Shown here piece by piece: positions 37,926-51,658 of a stretch of 64,000 nt of DNA; position 1 is the stretch's first letter; each line of letters begins with the position of its first letter. Location: assembly GCF_022045235.1 (NCBI RefSeq), contig NW_027266264.1, positions 47,306,001 to 47,370,000 of the forward strand. The letters run 5' to 3'. Under the pieces are notes generated by a model, which was given only the letters and a program-made list of their open reading frames with translations, made no database searches and was not told the DNA's origin. Made by a program: the position numbers and the translations under genes. This DNA comes from Haliotis cracherodii (Eukaryota).

Positions 37926-40283
37926 CACAGCAAAAAAAATGCAGTTTCCGGTATCCCGATACCTCCGGACACTTACCCAAAACACGTCCGGGTATCCGGT
38001 GGCAGATACCTTGGCAGATACCAGATCCGTGGTATCCGGCATGAACACCTCACCGGAAAGTATGCCACCTGGAATCCAGCTATCCGGCACCGGATACCTC
38101 AATCTGGGTGTCCAAGGATCCGGCACCAGATACCTCCCGGATGAGTACTCCAGGTTGACAGTCTGGAAGGACCCCTCCAGATTTCAGAAGTGATTGGCAG
38201 ACAGCTATGAGGAGAGTCCAGTTATTTCAATGGGGGCCTACCGAGAAGTTGTATGCCAAGTGACACTGGGACACACTCACAAAGGCTGGTCTGGCTAATG
38301 TGAGAAGACCAACCAATGCCAAGTCAGTGTGGGACCCTTCAAGGTCGTTGAAGAAATTGTTGTCTTTGGCCATGTGGTAATCACTTGAAAGGAATGATGT
38401 TTGGGACTACTTGTCTATAAATGTGGACCCAAACACCAAATAGAATGTTCACAATTCTACTAACACAATGCAACAGCGATAGAGCCCATGTGGCCTCCCC
38501 TCATCCTGGTTCCTGTTTTTCCATGGCAATACAGAAGGAAAAGGAGGTTTGAGGGCAAGTAACATCTGAACTGGTGAGCTTGGTCTGCTGGTGCTTTCAA
38601 GCGAACAGTTATCCCGCTCTGTTAATGTTATGAGTATTGAAGAATAGGAGGAAATTGCAAACTGCATCAGGAACCATCATGTGAACACTGTTCAATGTGT
38701 GATATGGGCATATAAATAAAAGAAATTGATCATTTGTTTGTTGTTTGTTTCATTAGCCAGCTGTGTAAATGGGAATTTTCCAAGATTTTGCCTCAGTTTG
38801 ATAGCCACAGTTATCGTATGCATTGTTTGGACATCTTTGGAATAACACATTGATCTGTTATGTCAAAGGTCAATGTCATAGCCAGACAAAAAGTTTGTTA
38901 ATGGCCAAACTCTTCCTTAGGGCAGGGATAGAAGTTGGCAAAAGGTCATACACTTACTTTTTCTCTAAAGTGCCTTTTCCTGCAGAAGTCTAAATAACTC
39001 TTATACATATAGTTGTATATCATTGTCATATGTTTGTCCAAATTACATTTAATTCCACCAAATGACATCATATTTGGTTTCTGTGCTGGACAGCTCTTTG
39101 AAATGTTTTGAAATATTTGTCACTGATATTGAAGGTCAAATTCACTGTCAAGGTCAAAAGTGATAACTCATGAAGGGTTAAGTGTAAGATCAGGGCAATA
39201 TTGAAGGTCATTCATAAAGTTTTTCCATTATCACTAAAATGCCTATTTCTGAAGATATTTGTGAAGTATTATGCATGTAGTATTATATGTTATATTATTT
39301 GAATACTCATGTATGAGCAGTGGCAACAAATCACAGTCACCTAATTTCAATGAGTAGTATAAGCCATATTTTCATTGTTGCACATAATTTTGCCTAGGGC
39401 CTTCATAAGTGATATAAATGATATGAAGCACTTTACAATTGTTTTTGAAATAGTCGCAACTGATATTGAAGGTCAAATTAACTTTCAATGTCTTTCAGTA
39501 AAAATGTTCACAGTAATTGAGGAAGAGCTCTCTGTAGTGTGATGAAATCTGGTACATGTCACCCTCAGAGTGAGACATATTGTGTTTCAAACTTAAATGA
39601 ATCTGGTATGTCTAGATATAACAAGTACTTGTACGTTACAAATAATCTTATTATCATCTCGCCAGGACCAAAGGCCCAAGTGAGCACACAGTCGATGAGT
39701 TTATACTCTCACTCAGAACAATCTGGAAGGCTGAACATGAAATTTAAAGATATCATCATCCATGTTCATTAAACAGCTTAACATCTAAAAAGAATTATAG
39801 ATGAAATTGAAAAATTGTCTTCTCCTAAAGTACATGCCCATAGATCTCAACTTTAAGGGGATTTACAACTAAAATGACACAGAATATTACTACAGCTATC
39901 TGATATGCCCAGGCTAACATTATTTACCTACTAATAAGACATCTCGAAAAATTGCACCCGGATACCTTCAGCAATGTTCAATTTTCTTGGTTAGAATCCA
40001 ATATATTTTTAGGTGTTTCACACTTAAATGAACAAATTGCACCCCCCAAATTGTGACATTTTTTTTTGAAACTCAGAATGAGGTATCTGGTGCCGGATCC
40101 TTGGACACCCAGATTGAGGTATCCGGTGCCGGATACCCGGATTCCAGGTGGCAAAATTTCCGGTGAGGTGTCCATGCCGGATACCACGGATCTGGTATCT
40201 GGCAAGGTATCTGCCACCGGACACCCTGACGCGTTTTGAGTAAGTGTCCGGAGGTATCCGGATACTGCATTTTTTTTGCTGTG
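37926..40283. mobile_element. non-autonomous CACTA/EnSpm-like DNA transposon (~2.36 kb, ~205-bp TIRs, TAA TSD)
   Basis: Termini CACAGCAAAAAAAATGCAG ... CTGCATTTTTTTTGCTGTG. The TIRs (37926-38136 and 40080-40283) are rich in ccggatac subrepeats. TAA flanks both ends. No transposase ORF inside. Confidence 0.85.
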
Positions 40284-41533
40284 TAACAGAAATATATCAA
40301 CTATATATTGTTGGAAGCATTCTCCGGTGGTGAGATATAATCCCCACCCTATAATAAACAGATACATTGTATACATTTGTGTCTTATGAAGAGAATAATA
40401 ATTTTATGCAAATAGGAATCGCCCTGGGGTCCAGCCTCGCATGTCAGCCTTATGTGGAAGGAAAGCTGGAAGTAACCCAGGTCTGTGCCGTTTACCCTTT
40501 TGGTGAAACCCACAGGCATATCGGTAATACTATGGTGGTTACCATCCAAGAAACGTATTCAGGGCGAATATGGGATTCGAACACGCGATCATATGATTCT
40601 GGCGCTTATAAGGAACGCAATTGCTGCGCATTAAGCTAATGGGTCATCCGTGACTTATCGCGACTTGTTTTCAGTCATATAAAATTAAGTTGAAAATTCG
40701 GGTAGAAAAACTGATAAACTATAATTAAATGTAAAATTGGTGATAGTGTGCTATTTTTGTAGATAAGAAAATATATTTTCAATATATAATTATATGTCAA
40801 CGTTTTTAAGACACGTCTCATTGGGTGAATATAAAACGTCAAGGCCAGGGAATAATCAGTCTCGAGTATCTGCAATGCCGATTCCACTGGGCGTAAAAAA
40901 TTGCTGAGAAAATTCCTCGAAATTAACCTAGATTACTGCCGCTATATATGTAGAATTCATCCATCAAACACACACAGTGAGAGAGTGAGAGAGCGCGCAT
41001 GAGAGATAGAGAAAGCGAGAGAGATATTAATAATAAGCCTATAATTGCTTCTGTGAGCATTAAATCTACAAGCCACACTATCGGATGACAATGATATTAG
41101 GTCACCTCGACCAGGATGCAAGCCAATACAATACGTGCCAGTAAAGGCTACACATAGTAAGGTTATTTTTAGTTGGGTATTTCCATGTAATTTCCCGGGA
41201 TCGTACTTTCGGTATGACAAGACTGTTAAAATAGACCACGTTCCGTGTAGCTGAATACATTTTCCTGAATGAACGGACGACATATTGAAAATCTTGGCTA
41301 CTTAATATCCCCGTAGGTTTGTGAGTATGTACCACTAGAAGTATGACAGTGTTTTTACATTTGACCCTCTCTCCTATCTAACAATCTCATGTGAAGCTCG
41401 CAGTTCACTATACTGCTGGTTGATATATATACATATACTGAAATTTACGATCAACAACCGCTTTACATTAGAACAGCTGTACGACTGAGAGTTAACCATC
41501 CACGCATACAAGGTACCCCAAGGAACATCCACA

Positions 41534-44500
41534 ATGGATTCTTCTGATGAAGAGTTTATAATTGACATACAACCAGAGCCAGGGGAACAACAGCGTGTTC
41601 AGGACGACAACCCGCTCACAGGAAATCAGAAAATGGGACGCCTTGTTTTCCGAGAGACAATGGGTACTGACGTTAAAATGATTACAGAAAACTGTGAAGT
41701 GGTGGACATCAACACCGACCAGGCTGCTTTGAAGATGTTGTCAGCTGGAAACAAGAATACAGGTTAGATGTTCGATATGATGTCGGCTTTGTATGTTATT
41801 ATGTTTTGATTCAGTTTGTTATTGTTTAGATATTAAATATTTTTCTATGGTTAAATTTTATTCCATATGCAACAGCTACACATGAGCCCTAAAGAACAAA
41901 ATGACGGTTGCATTATCCACATCAATGTGAGATTATGCACAGTCCCTTTGCCGTTTTTGTTATTTAATGCTGTTTAATGGAAGACTGTGTACATGTGATA
42001 GTTGTTTAAAATTATTACTGACATGTATTCGGCTTACAGAATGTTAATCAAGGATGCCAATCCAATTTACAGTTGGTGTAAGCAGTCTGCGTATTTATTT
42101 TTTTTATAAATAACCTGTATCTTTGATGATTTTACCTTTGGTCCAGAATTTCCAGCCTCATGCCCATGATAGAATGAATCTGTCGTTGAAGCAGACATGT
42201 ACAAGACGGTTCGAGTTGTGGAGTAAAAGATACATACATCCTTTTAAGAATAGTTGCGTCCCTTGGGCACACCAGAAACATATGATTGTGGGTTCGAATC
42301 CCGGTTCGCCCCGATTATGTTTCTAGGTTTGTCAGCACCATACCCGTGCTCGTGGGTTTCACCGAAGAGGTAAACGTCTGAGACCGGCATCACTTCAGGC
42401 TTTCCTCCCACATTAAGCTGACACACCGTGATATGACTGTTAAAAGCAGCGTTAAACTCAACTCACTAACATACTAAATGTTCATGGTTTAGCTACATGG
42501 TAGATAGAGGAGATTGATATGTGGTGTTTGTCATTACAGATGCTCTTCCAGTTGTTACATTATCTTGGGATGCTTTGTCGAACACGCCACTCTCCTTCTG
42601 TCAAGTCCACCTTCATGCAGGTTCGGAATGCATGTATGCCGACGTTATCCATGGCTTGATTAGGAATAATTATAGACAACTTCGGAGCCTTACAGAAACA
42701 ATTCACTCAGACTACAGTGCACGAGTCACTCGCATACAGGATAACCCGTTTGGGTTTGGACTAGCCCATGAGAGTGATGTAAGCTTGGATGAAATTGGGC
42801 GCGTGATAGAGGACTTGGAACGAGATGTCCAAATTGTTTTGTCTGCTTGTGTAAACAAAGATATTTCACTGGAATTAAGTCTGGACCTCAGTGGTTCAAG
42901 GGAGACAACTTATGATGAACCCAATACCGAGCCAGTAGATATTCCAGTACCTGTAGAGGCCCCAAAAGAGCCTCATTCTGGTGGTGCCCAGGTTGTTGAA
43001 GATACTGCTGACAACGCTGATGAGACTGGGTATGTTACATTGCATGTAGCTCTTGTCCTTAGTCTCGGCATATTGATCCATGTTACACACTGGAAGTATT
43101 GTGCATGCTTATATATCACTGTCGTAAAAGGCGACTGTGTAACGGGATTGGGTGGTCAGGCTAGCTGACTTGGTTGATGCATGTCATCGATCCCAATTGC
43201 GTGGATCGATGCTCATGATATCAATCACTGGATTGTCTGGTCTAGACTCATTATTTACAGATCGCCGTCATATAGCTGGAATATTGCTGAGTGCCGCGTT
43301 CAATAACAAACAAACAAACACAAATTGTCTATCGCTTCCACTTTGATCACATAAGACGTTCAGTATCAACTCATTAGTAACTCCATACATTAACATTTCT
43401 CATGTTTCAGGTGTGCGAATGAAGCTGGAAATTCGAGTACAGTGGACAGTACATTGGGCGACGATGGTAAACCTTGAATTATTTTATTAGATTTTTATTA
43501 TAATTTGATACCTTGGAATTTAAATATTATATATATATTTATTATATATTAATGTTAGTATTGTACATGTCTAGAAATATTGTGCCATTCCTACAGTCGC
43601 TAAGTTTACTATGCCAATGTCTCCATTGAATGGTGCCACTACAATATTATTAAAAATGCATTTATTCACATGAGGAACTGATGAATGAAAATGTTAGAGA
43701 AATATGTAATCTATACACATTACAGTTGATGAGACAGAAAGAAAGTTTGAAGATATTGAGGAAAACCTGAAGGCTCAACGGAATGTCATTGAAGCGAGTT
43801 TTGAGGAACAACGAGCCCAAAATGAGGAGATGAACACCACGTTGAAATCACTGATGTCCCTTGTTCAGCAGAAAGTAAGCGCGAAACAGTCTGAGGAAAG
43901 TGCCACTGAATCAACACGTCCGTCTGCGTCGCCTGATCTAGCCACTGACGGGGATTCTAATAAGGCATCTACTACAAAGGGAGGTCAATCGGACAGAGGC
44001 GGAAGAAAGGAGCACAAAGTCGTTATGGCTGGAACTCAAGAGAACGTTGTGGGCCCAACTGAGGTACGTCACAGTCAAGTGGAACCCAAAAGTGATACCC
44101 TGGAACAGTCGGGCCAACATAAGGATACTGAACAACAAAACCTGGGTCGGCAACAAGAGGGACAACAAAAGCAACAGAAACTGGAAAATCCGTCAAGTAA
44201 TAGTCGTTTGAAACTGGACGCCAATTTGTCGGGGAATGTAAATAAACATCCTTTATCGAATGTGAAATTATCTGAGGTGCCACATCATGAGGATTCATGG
44301 AATCCTGATGACCGCTTTTTTGATATTGCTTTCAACAGACCAGTACCCCTGGCGAATTCGGGGAAACCAGAGAATGCTTCACCTGACTTTGATTCAAACC
44401 GGTAAGTGACTTCAAATGAGATCTTGAGTACTTTATAATAACGGAATTGTTGAATATATGCGTAAATATACAAATGATATGTGTAGCATCAATATACGAA

Positions 44501-47500
44501 CAAGTATAGCAATGATATAATATATGGTGATATACAGAACTACATTCTTTCCCCAGATACATTTGTCTTAAGACCTATGCTTAACAACGGTTGATTTTAC
44601 ACCAGGAAAGAGATGCCGGAGACAAGCCAAGGCGCGGCTGGTGGTTACATGGTTGACCCAAAGCTCACTGCTTACATGCAAGATGGGAACCTGATGCCGA
44701 CTCACGACAATAAAATAAGTTCGCCTGGGTAGGTTAATCCCTCCAATACATTGAATACATATCTGTGAAGTATGTTGGCAGTGAAGAATAATGCAAAAGC
44801 TAACCTTGTGTCCTTAGGGTTTCCCACATTGATATGCGATATACACTCGTATTACAGAAAGAGCAAGCCACAACCACAACCCCGTCCACCTCAGATGACA
44901 GGACATCATACAGGTAGGACAATTCCATGCATCTTCCTCTGGCGTGTTGTCAGTTTCACCACACGTGTATTATGGATGAAAAGTTCGTTGTAAGAGCGCT
45001 GTGGGTCACGAGCAGATACACTGAAGGTAAATGCAATTCTATTTTGTTGATTTCAGAACTAGCACAGCACTTCTTGAAGGTGCATGGAGTAAAGGGCTCA
45101 TCGCCGGAAGTGCGACGATTGGTAAAAACAGTTGAGATGGCAATGATAGACGGTACGGCCATGTGCATGAATACTTCACAGTGTTCTTTGAATGATTTTC
45201 ACCTGTACGAACTGGTTGTGTATTGTCACGATAAAATCAAGTGAAGTTTTTTTTACCAAATTAACAACTAAGAAAAAAATACAAATTGTTTTCCTGATGT
45301 AAAATTAAGTAAATTATACGTTTTATATCGTATAAGGTAGATTCAAATGCCTAATTCATACATTGTAAATTCATTTTCCACAGAGAGCCCGATGCCTCCA
45401 AAGACTCGAGCCCTCGACACGATACTCTGTCTCGACACTTCAAGCAGTATGGGACAGAAAGGCCTCAAAGAAATGAAGGACATAGCTTTTGGATTTATTG
45501 ACGGTATGCAGACTCTGTTCATTGTTAGTTTAATATGATTTTGATAACACCTTACAGACGTGCGAATAAAGGTTCAAGTTATAAAACAATACCTCGTAAT
45601 GTTTCAGCCCTGGATGACATTGCAGCGAAGCATGAAATCGAAGAGAACCTTGCTGTCGTGACATTTGGAGGACAGTCAAAAATCGAACACCATTTGAGCA
45701 ATGACTATACCAGTGTCAGGGAAAGAATTGGTAAGATACACACGATACACATTGAAATAATAAAACATTGAATAATAACTGATTGGCTTTTAAATTTCTG
45801 TTAAAACTGTGACAAACCGAAAAAGTTGAGATGCCTTTAATTGAGACCATATTTCTCGTTTAGATAAACTTAAACTTGGCGGTCGGTCACCATTATTTGA
45901 AGCACTTCTGGTGTGCCTCTGCGCTATAAATGGACGAGGTATGTTACAAAATACTTAAATAATTTGTGTACACCTGATTAATGTATAGATGAAGTGCCCC
46001 AGTCACCTGATTAATGTATATATATATAGTGATATTATCACAGTATTAGTGTATAGATGTAGTGAAATTGTCACTTGATTGTCTCAATCCCCAGATAAAT
46101 ACATAGATGTACCGGGGGCACTGGTGGCCCAGTCGTCTAAGGCACCGCAATTCGCAGATGTGCAGAGTTGCGTCCCTTTGTCCACGCCGGAAACCTATGA
46201 TTGTGGGTTCGAATCCATACCCGTACTCGTGGGTCAGCACCATACCCATGCTCGTGGGTTTCACCGAAGTGGTAAACGTCTGAGACCTGCATCACTTCGG
46301 GCTTCCCTCTAACATTAAGCTGACACTCCGCGATATAACTGGAATACTGTTAAAAGCGGCGTTAAACCCAACTCATTTACTCACTTACTCACAAAGATGT
46401 ACTAAAACATCCACCTGATTAGTGTAAAGATGTAGTGTCACAATCACCTGATTAGTGTATATATGTAGTGACACAATCGCCCGATTCGAAAATATACTGG
46501 TATGTAGCATCACCTGTAATCACCTGATTAGTGTATATATATGATATTATCATCTGAATAGTGTACAGATGTAGTAATATTATCACCTGATTAGTGTATA
46601 GATGTAGTAATATTATCACCTGATTAGTGTATAGATGTAGTAATATTATCACCTGATTAGTGTATAGATGTAGTAATATTATCACCTGATTAGTGTATAG
46701 ATGTAGTAATATTATCACCTGATTAGTGTCTAGATGTAGTAATATTAACACCTGATTAGTGTATAGATAGGGTAGTAATATTATGACCTGATGAGTGTTT
46801 AGATGTAATATTATCACCTGATTAGTGTATATATGTAGTAATATTATCACCTGATTAGTGTTTATATGTGGTAGTAATAACAACTGATTAGTGTACAGAA
46901 ATGGTAGTATTACCACCTGATTAGTGTGTAGATGTAGAAGTAATATTATCACCCGATTAGTGTATAGATGTAGCAATTCTGTCACCTGATTAGAGGTTTT
47001 TGTACAAGTAACAGACCAATATGTCAGTTGAGTCTCCAATTGTCAGGGGGGGCGCTGAGTATCTCTGGCGTCCACCGAGTTCAGCCGCGGCTCATCATTA
47101 TCACAGACGGGAAGGCCTCCGATGAATCTGAGGACTCTGTAGGTGATGTGGACCATGTCGATGACAACGTAAGGAAATACATATTGCTCCATCAGCCCTT
47201 CGCAATTGTTTTGCTTGATTGGCATTACAAAGCNNNNNNNNNNNNNNNNNNNNNNNNNNNNNNNNNNNNNNNNNNNNNNNNNNNNNNNNNNNNNNNNNNN
47301 NNNNNNNNNNNNNNNNNNNNNNNNNNNNNNNNNNNNNNNNNNNNNNNNNNNNNNNNNNNNNNNNNNNNNNNNNNNNTATATTAATGATATACATCATGTT
47401 TAGGTCAAGTTGCGCATTATTCAGTTGATGCAAGAGTTTACAGCCAAGAAGAATCAAACAACATTTCCCAGGCCTTTGGTGTGGGTTCCCGTTGGAAATG

Positions 47501-50500
47501 CTAATGAGGTACGAGTTGATGTCCTTTCCATGTTAGTGAACAGTAATGTGACGTTAAGTTGTTTTGAAAGTTCTACAATTGACTCATCGTAAAATTTTTA
47601 TCTTCAGACTTCATAAAAAAGAGATCGTTTTTCGCATGTTATTAGTCCGTTTGGTTAATTTCCTCATATATCAGCCTGATATTAATTGTATTAATATTGA
47701 TGTTCACAAATGTCCGGATATTATTGTGTATGCGTGTGATGATGCCATTTCAGTCCTTTCTGAGGTCACTGGCAGAAATAGGCCATGGGCAGTACATGGC
47801 AGGGGGCCTCTCAGTTGTACAGAAATTGAGTCAGTATCAGCGAATACAGGTAAAGGAAGCAGAGTTTTCTTTTCCTTCAGTTACAACGTTTCAAAATATA
47901 CATTCCAGGTTTTACTGGTACACTTGGGGTTAAGCAAAACGTTAACTCAAAAACAATGATCGATGAACTGTAGCTATATAGGTACATACTGAAATGGTTA
48001 TGGTACTTGTATGCGTGCATTAATGCAAACTGTTCAGTTACACACACTTATATTACTATACACGTATCCAACATAACTGAAATCTGTAAAATTTTGTATT
48101 ATCCTCCAGGAGGCTGTGGGCAAAATATTTGTATGTCTCCAAAGACAGATTGGTCCTGAGACTGGAGATATTCGTCACGATATCGACACCATCATGGGCG
48201 CGCTGGTGGGGGACATGGAAGAGGAGTACAAGGTATTTGAGACGCTCACATTTAGTCACATAGTTCTCTCCCGAACTAAATAGCATTCTGAAATCATTTT
48301 ATAATATTCCATCTCAGTAACAACTGTTTTAGCGATGCTGAATTTTGGGAAAATGTCATGGCTAAACTAGTAACAGTAGGACAGTGCCGGACGGGTTCCT
48401 TAACATTGTTTCAAATAACTTATGTCAAGAAAATATATTTCTATAAAACGTTTGTATTCTGATCACGTTGTAGACAGAAGTTATTAAAAATGTCATGGCA
48501 AAGCTCGAAGGTAAAGAAGGATACGGAAACGAAGAACAGGGCCCTGATGGGTTTGACTACATAGTTGAAGTGGATGGCCTTCCTCCCCTGGGAACTAGGG
48601 TGACCAGGGGACCGGACTGGCACTGGGGGAACCAAGACACGGAAGGCCCGGGCACAATCATCAACCATTATGATAAACATGGAGGGGGAAAACGTAATGA
48701 TCATTTTTATTGTCTTAAAAGGCTTGTCAGCTTTCTTTTCCATATTTTCAAAGTACAGGGATATTGCGACTTAGTGTGTCGTATGGTACTGTCATTTAAC
48801 ATGGCATATATAAAGAGTATATTATTTTGTGACCGATAAATCAAGTGAACACTTGTCATAAACAGCCAAGGTAAATACATGGTTTCATACCCTAACACAG
48901 ATATTGTTCAGTGATATTTCTGCCTAGATTTGCTGTATGTCCAGTGGGACAACGGGACCTTCAACCAGTATCGGTATGGTTTGGACGGTGAATATGATGT
49001 GTGGCCAGCCCCTGATCAACCGAGGCTTATTGCGTCTGACATGCTTATTGAAGTGGGTTGTGAAGTGACGAGAGGTATGAAAAGCATATTTTAAGGTCCT
49101 TAAAGAATGCCTTTTATTATTATTGACACTGATGCTTTAGCTTTTTATCCATTTATTCAATTAATTAATTAATTCAATAAAATGTCAACATTGTTTGAAA
49201 TTCTAACTGACACATGCTGTGAAATACGAAAATATCTGCCTTTGTGCAGGTCCTGATTGGAAGGATGACTACGAATACCAGGATGGAGGACCTGGATGTG
49301 TTGGTGTCGTCATCAGAAAGAATGATCAGGGAATGGTGAAGGTAAGGGTCCAGCTATTTGATATTCAGGGGTGGGGGCTGTTATTTGTCCGGAGACTAGA
49401 TATTTTTTCAAGAACAGATGCAAAACATTTAATGAAAATTAACACCTTGCAACAATATATTTGTTATTGCCGACAATGTCTCTTTTTTCAACAGTATGAA
49501 GCATAATAATTTTTTTCATGAATTTTCGGGGACAATTTACTTTTTCGATATAATCCCTGCCCATTTATAGTCACATCGGAAAAATTGCAGGGATATCGTG
49601 ACGAGAATATATTATATCATTGATAATAATAAATCTAAACCTGTCGACGATGGACATTACAACAAAATTGGACAGAACATTTGAAAGAAATAACCGTTAT
49701 TCAGTTGACTATGGGCTTAATCACCTTCAAAACGGGTTCCTTTTTGACAAAACGTCCACAGGGAGACACCATTATCACCTCTTATCTGTCCTACCAGGTT
49801 CGCTGGAAACAGAACTGTTACATAGGCTCATACAGATATGGTGCCGACGGAAAGCTGGACCTCACTGTAAGGTATTGTGTTTCTAGCTACTTGTTCTACC
49901 ATTTAAAATATACAGATTCTGATCAAAGAGCACCCGAAATCAGAACTTGACATTTATAAACAAAGAAGCATGTATTACTCTGAAACAAAAACTGAATTAT
50001 CTCGGAATTAAATGAGAGTTTCAAACGGATATTTTCCAGAGACCCGGGTGACATTCTGACCGAACTCACCAGATCAGATCAGGGGAAGCTCTCTACCAAC
50101 GTCACAATGCCGGAGGAAGGTACACATGGTTTGACTGATAACAATATATCCATAATTTCACTAATATGGTTGAATATATATTAATGAAGATCACTCCTCT
50201 TTAACACACCCATATAACAATGTTATTAAGTTGAAGTAAGGCGACCTGTAATGCGATGATAACACATGGCTAGACCAGTCACTAATGTAGTAGTTTTCTA
50301 AATCTAAATCTACAATAATCTTACAGTCAAGGTACAAGAAAAGGGTACGTGGGTGTGGCACTGGAAGGACGAAAGAAACCAATGGCAACAATATACAGCT
50401 CAAAATAACAAAAAGCTTGAAGACCAATATCGTAAACGGTCAACTGGGTCATGCCTTGTACAGAGAGCTGGCAAAAGGTAAAATAATATGATACCAATTT

Positions 50501-50644
50501 TCAGTTACCCTGTTTTACATTGACGTCACCTCTATAGAGTGGGGTTAACCAGTAGATGTTTGGTGGATCTGATAAATCAAATTTGTCAGACAAGTATTGT
50601 GAGGTTCGACTCGTCTGACTGACACTTACTTGGACCGCGCGCGC

Positions 50645-50706
<62 letters not shown>

Positions 50707-51115
50707 ACAAGCATACATACAAGCATACATACACACACCTGCACGCACGCTCACACGCACGAAAGCATGCATGCCATATTTGTGTTGATGATAAAAATGA
50801 TTCGTTATATTGCACATTACGTCCATAGAAGTTCTTTAACATTGCCTTGATACAGCATATTTGACTTAACTAAGTTGACAGAGAATACTTGATTACTGTG
50901 CATGTGTTGGTGTTTACAGTTACAGAGTACTCTTCAAGGAAATGTTTGAGAAGGATTTAAGTAATGAATCCAGAAGAGAAGTGAAGAGAACATGTAAGTG
51001 GTATTATTTTTTTCTTAAGTGAAGGTATTTCTGCGTCCGATGAAAATCTAAATCAAATCCTGGTTGTTGTTTAAATCTTGTCTTACATTCTTTTGCAGGT
51101 GTTGACAAGAAATGA
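41534..51115 (+). CDS. Paralog C: N-terminal domain / coiled coil / VWA / 2x MIB-HERC2 / WWE protein (~1114 aa, 22 coding exons)
   Basis: Exons: 41534-41762, 42540-43029, 43411-43466, 43726-44401, 44606-44728, 44858-44913, 45057-45152, 45384-45503, 45608-45730, 45864-45938, 47047-47168, 47404-47508, 47754-47849, 48110-48232, 48474-48693, 48928-49074, 49250-49341, 49798-49871, 50040-50119, 50327-50477, 50920-50993, 51099-51115. Phase-consistent, total 3345 nt. Motifs: 'LDTILCLDTSSS', 'LIIITDG', 'GTRVTRGPDWHWGNQD', 'YVQWDNGTFNQYRYGLDGEYDV', 'GPDWKDDYEYQDGG', WWE 'WVWHWKDERNQWQQYTAQNNKKLEDQY'. Confidence 0.87.
42250..42470 (+). mobile_element. SINE (family 3)
   Basis: B-box 'gggttcgaatccc' plus the family-3 body and tail. 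Confidence 0.75.
43120..43322 (+). mobile_element. SINE-like repeat family 1
   Basis: Family-1 core with (aaac)n tail. Confidence 0.8.
46114..46392 (+). mobile_element. tRNA-headed SINE (family 3), near full length
   Basis: Head ggggcactggtggcccagtcgtctaaggc, B-box gggttcgaatcc, tail aaagcggcgttaaacccaactca, and flanking direct repeat agatgtac. Confidence 0.8.
46410..47000. repeat. 33-bp minisatellite (~18 copies) in a gene C intron
   Basis: Unit cacctgattagtgtatagatgtagtaatattat. Degenerate units also lie at 45970-46080, on the other side of the SINE. Confidence 0.92.
47234..47376. other. assembly gap (143 N) within a gene C intron
   Basis: Run of N. The flanking exons join in phase and match consecutive exons of A and B, so no exon appears to be missing. 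Confidence 0.98.
50636..50762. repeat. compound microsatellite (GC)n(GCAC)n(AT)n(CATA)n
   Basis: Directly visible simple repeats. Confidence 0.9.
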
Positions 51116-51496
51116 TTCTAACTTGCCATATAACAAGAAATGGATATTTCATGGCGATGTGACACTCGAAAGCACTGCTATCGCTATGATGAAATATGAG
51201 GCAGTTCTTAATATGAACTTGATGAGTCCACATGAGTTTCTACCCACAACTGGCTGCACACATAGACAAAACAATGCGTCTTAGTAAAGAGAGACGTTAT
51301 CCTTGTGGCATGATATGTACAATGAATCTGAATACATTTGCTTGGAATGTCCATTTTAGCACGATTTAAGATTTTAGTCTCGTATCAGAAATATTATAAT
51401 TATTATCTTCCTACAGTAGGCTAACATCCCAATCAACTCGCTACTCATAAGCAGTGGTGTATCTCATCTTGCTTAACACACACTACTGCCTTTAAA

Positions 51497-51658
51497 GGGG
51501 CGGTGGGTTAGCCAAGTGGCTAAAGCGTTCGCTCGTCACACCGAAGGCCCGGGATCGATTCGCCACATGGATACAATGTGTGAAGCTCATTACTGGTGTC
51601 TCCCGGCGTGATATTGCTGGAATATTGCTAACAGCGGTGTAAAACCATACTCACTCAC
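51497..51658 (+). mobile_element. tRNA-derived SINE (family 2) with TSD
   Basis: Head ggggcggtgggttagccaagtgg and tail gcggtgtaaaaccatactcactcac. Direct repeat cactactgccttta at 51481-51494 and 51656-51669. Confidence 0.88.

Noticed and set aside
37818-40376. ORFs at 37818-38193 and 39978-40376 as a transposase
   Set aside because: They are translations of the GC-rich TIRs and show no DDE or Tnp2 motifs.
4633-51115. Calling these genes mib1/mib2, HERC2 or Deltex
   Set aside because: No ZZ finger, ankyrin repeats, RING, HECT or RCC1 domains are present. Only the MIB/HERC2 and WWE modules are shared, so no gene symbol is justified.
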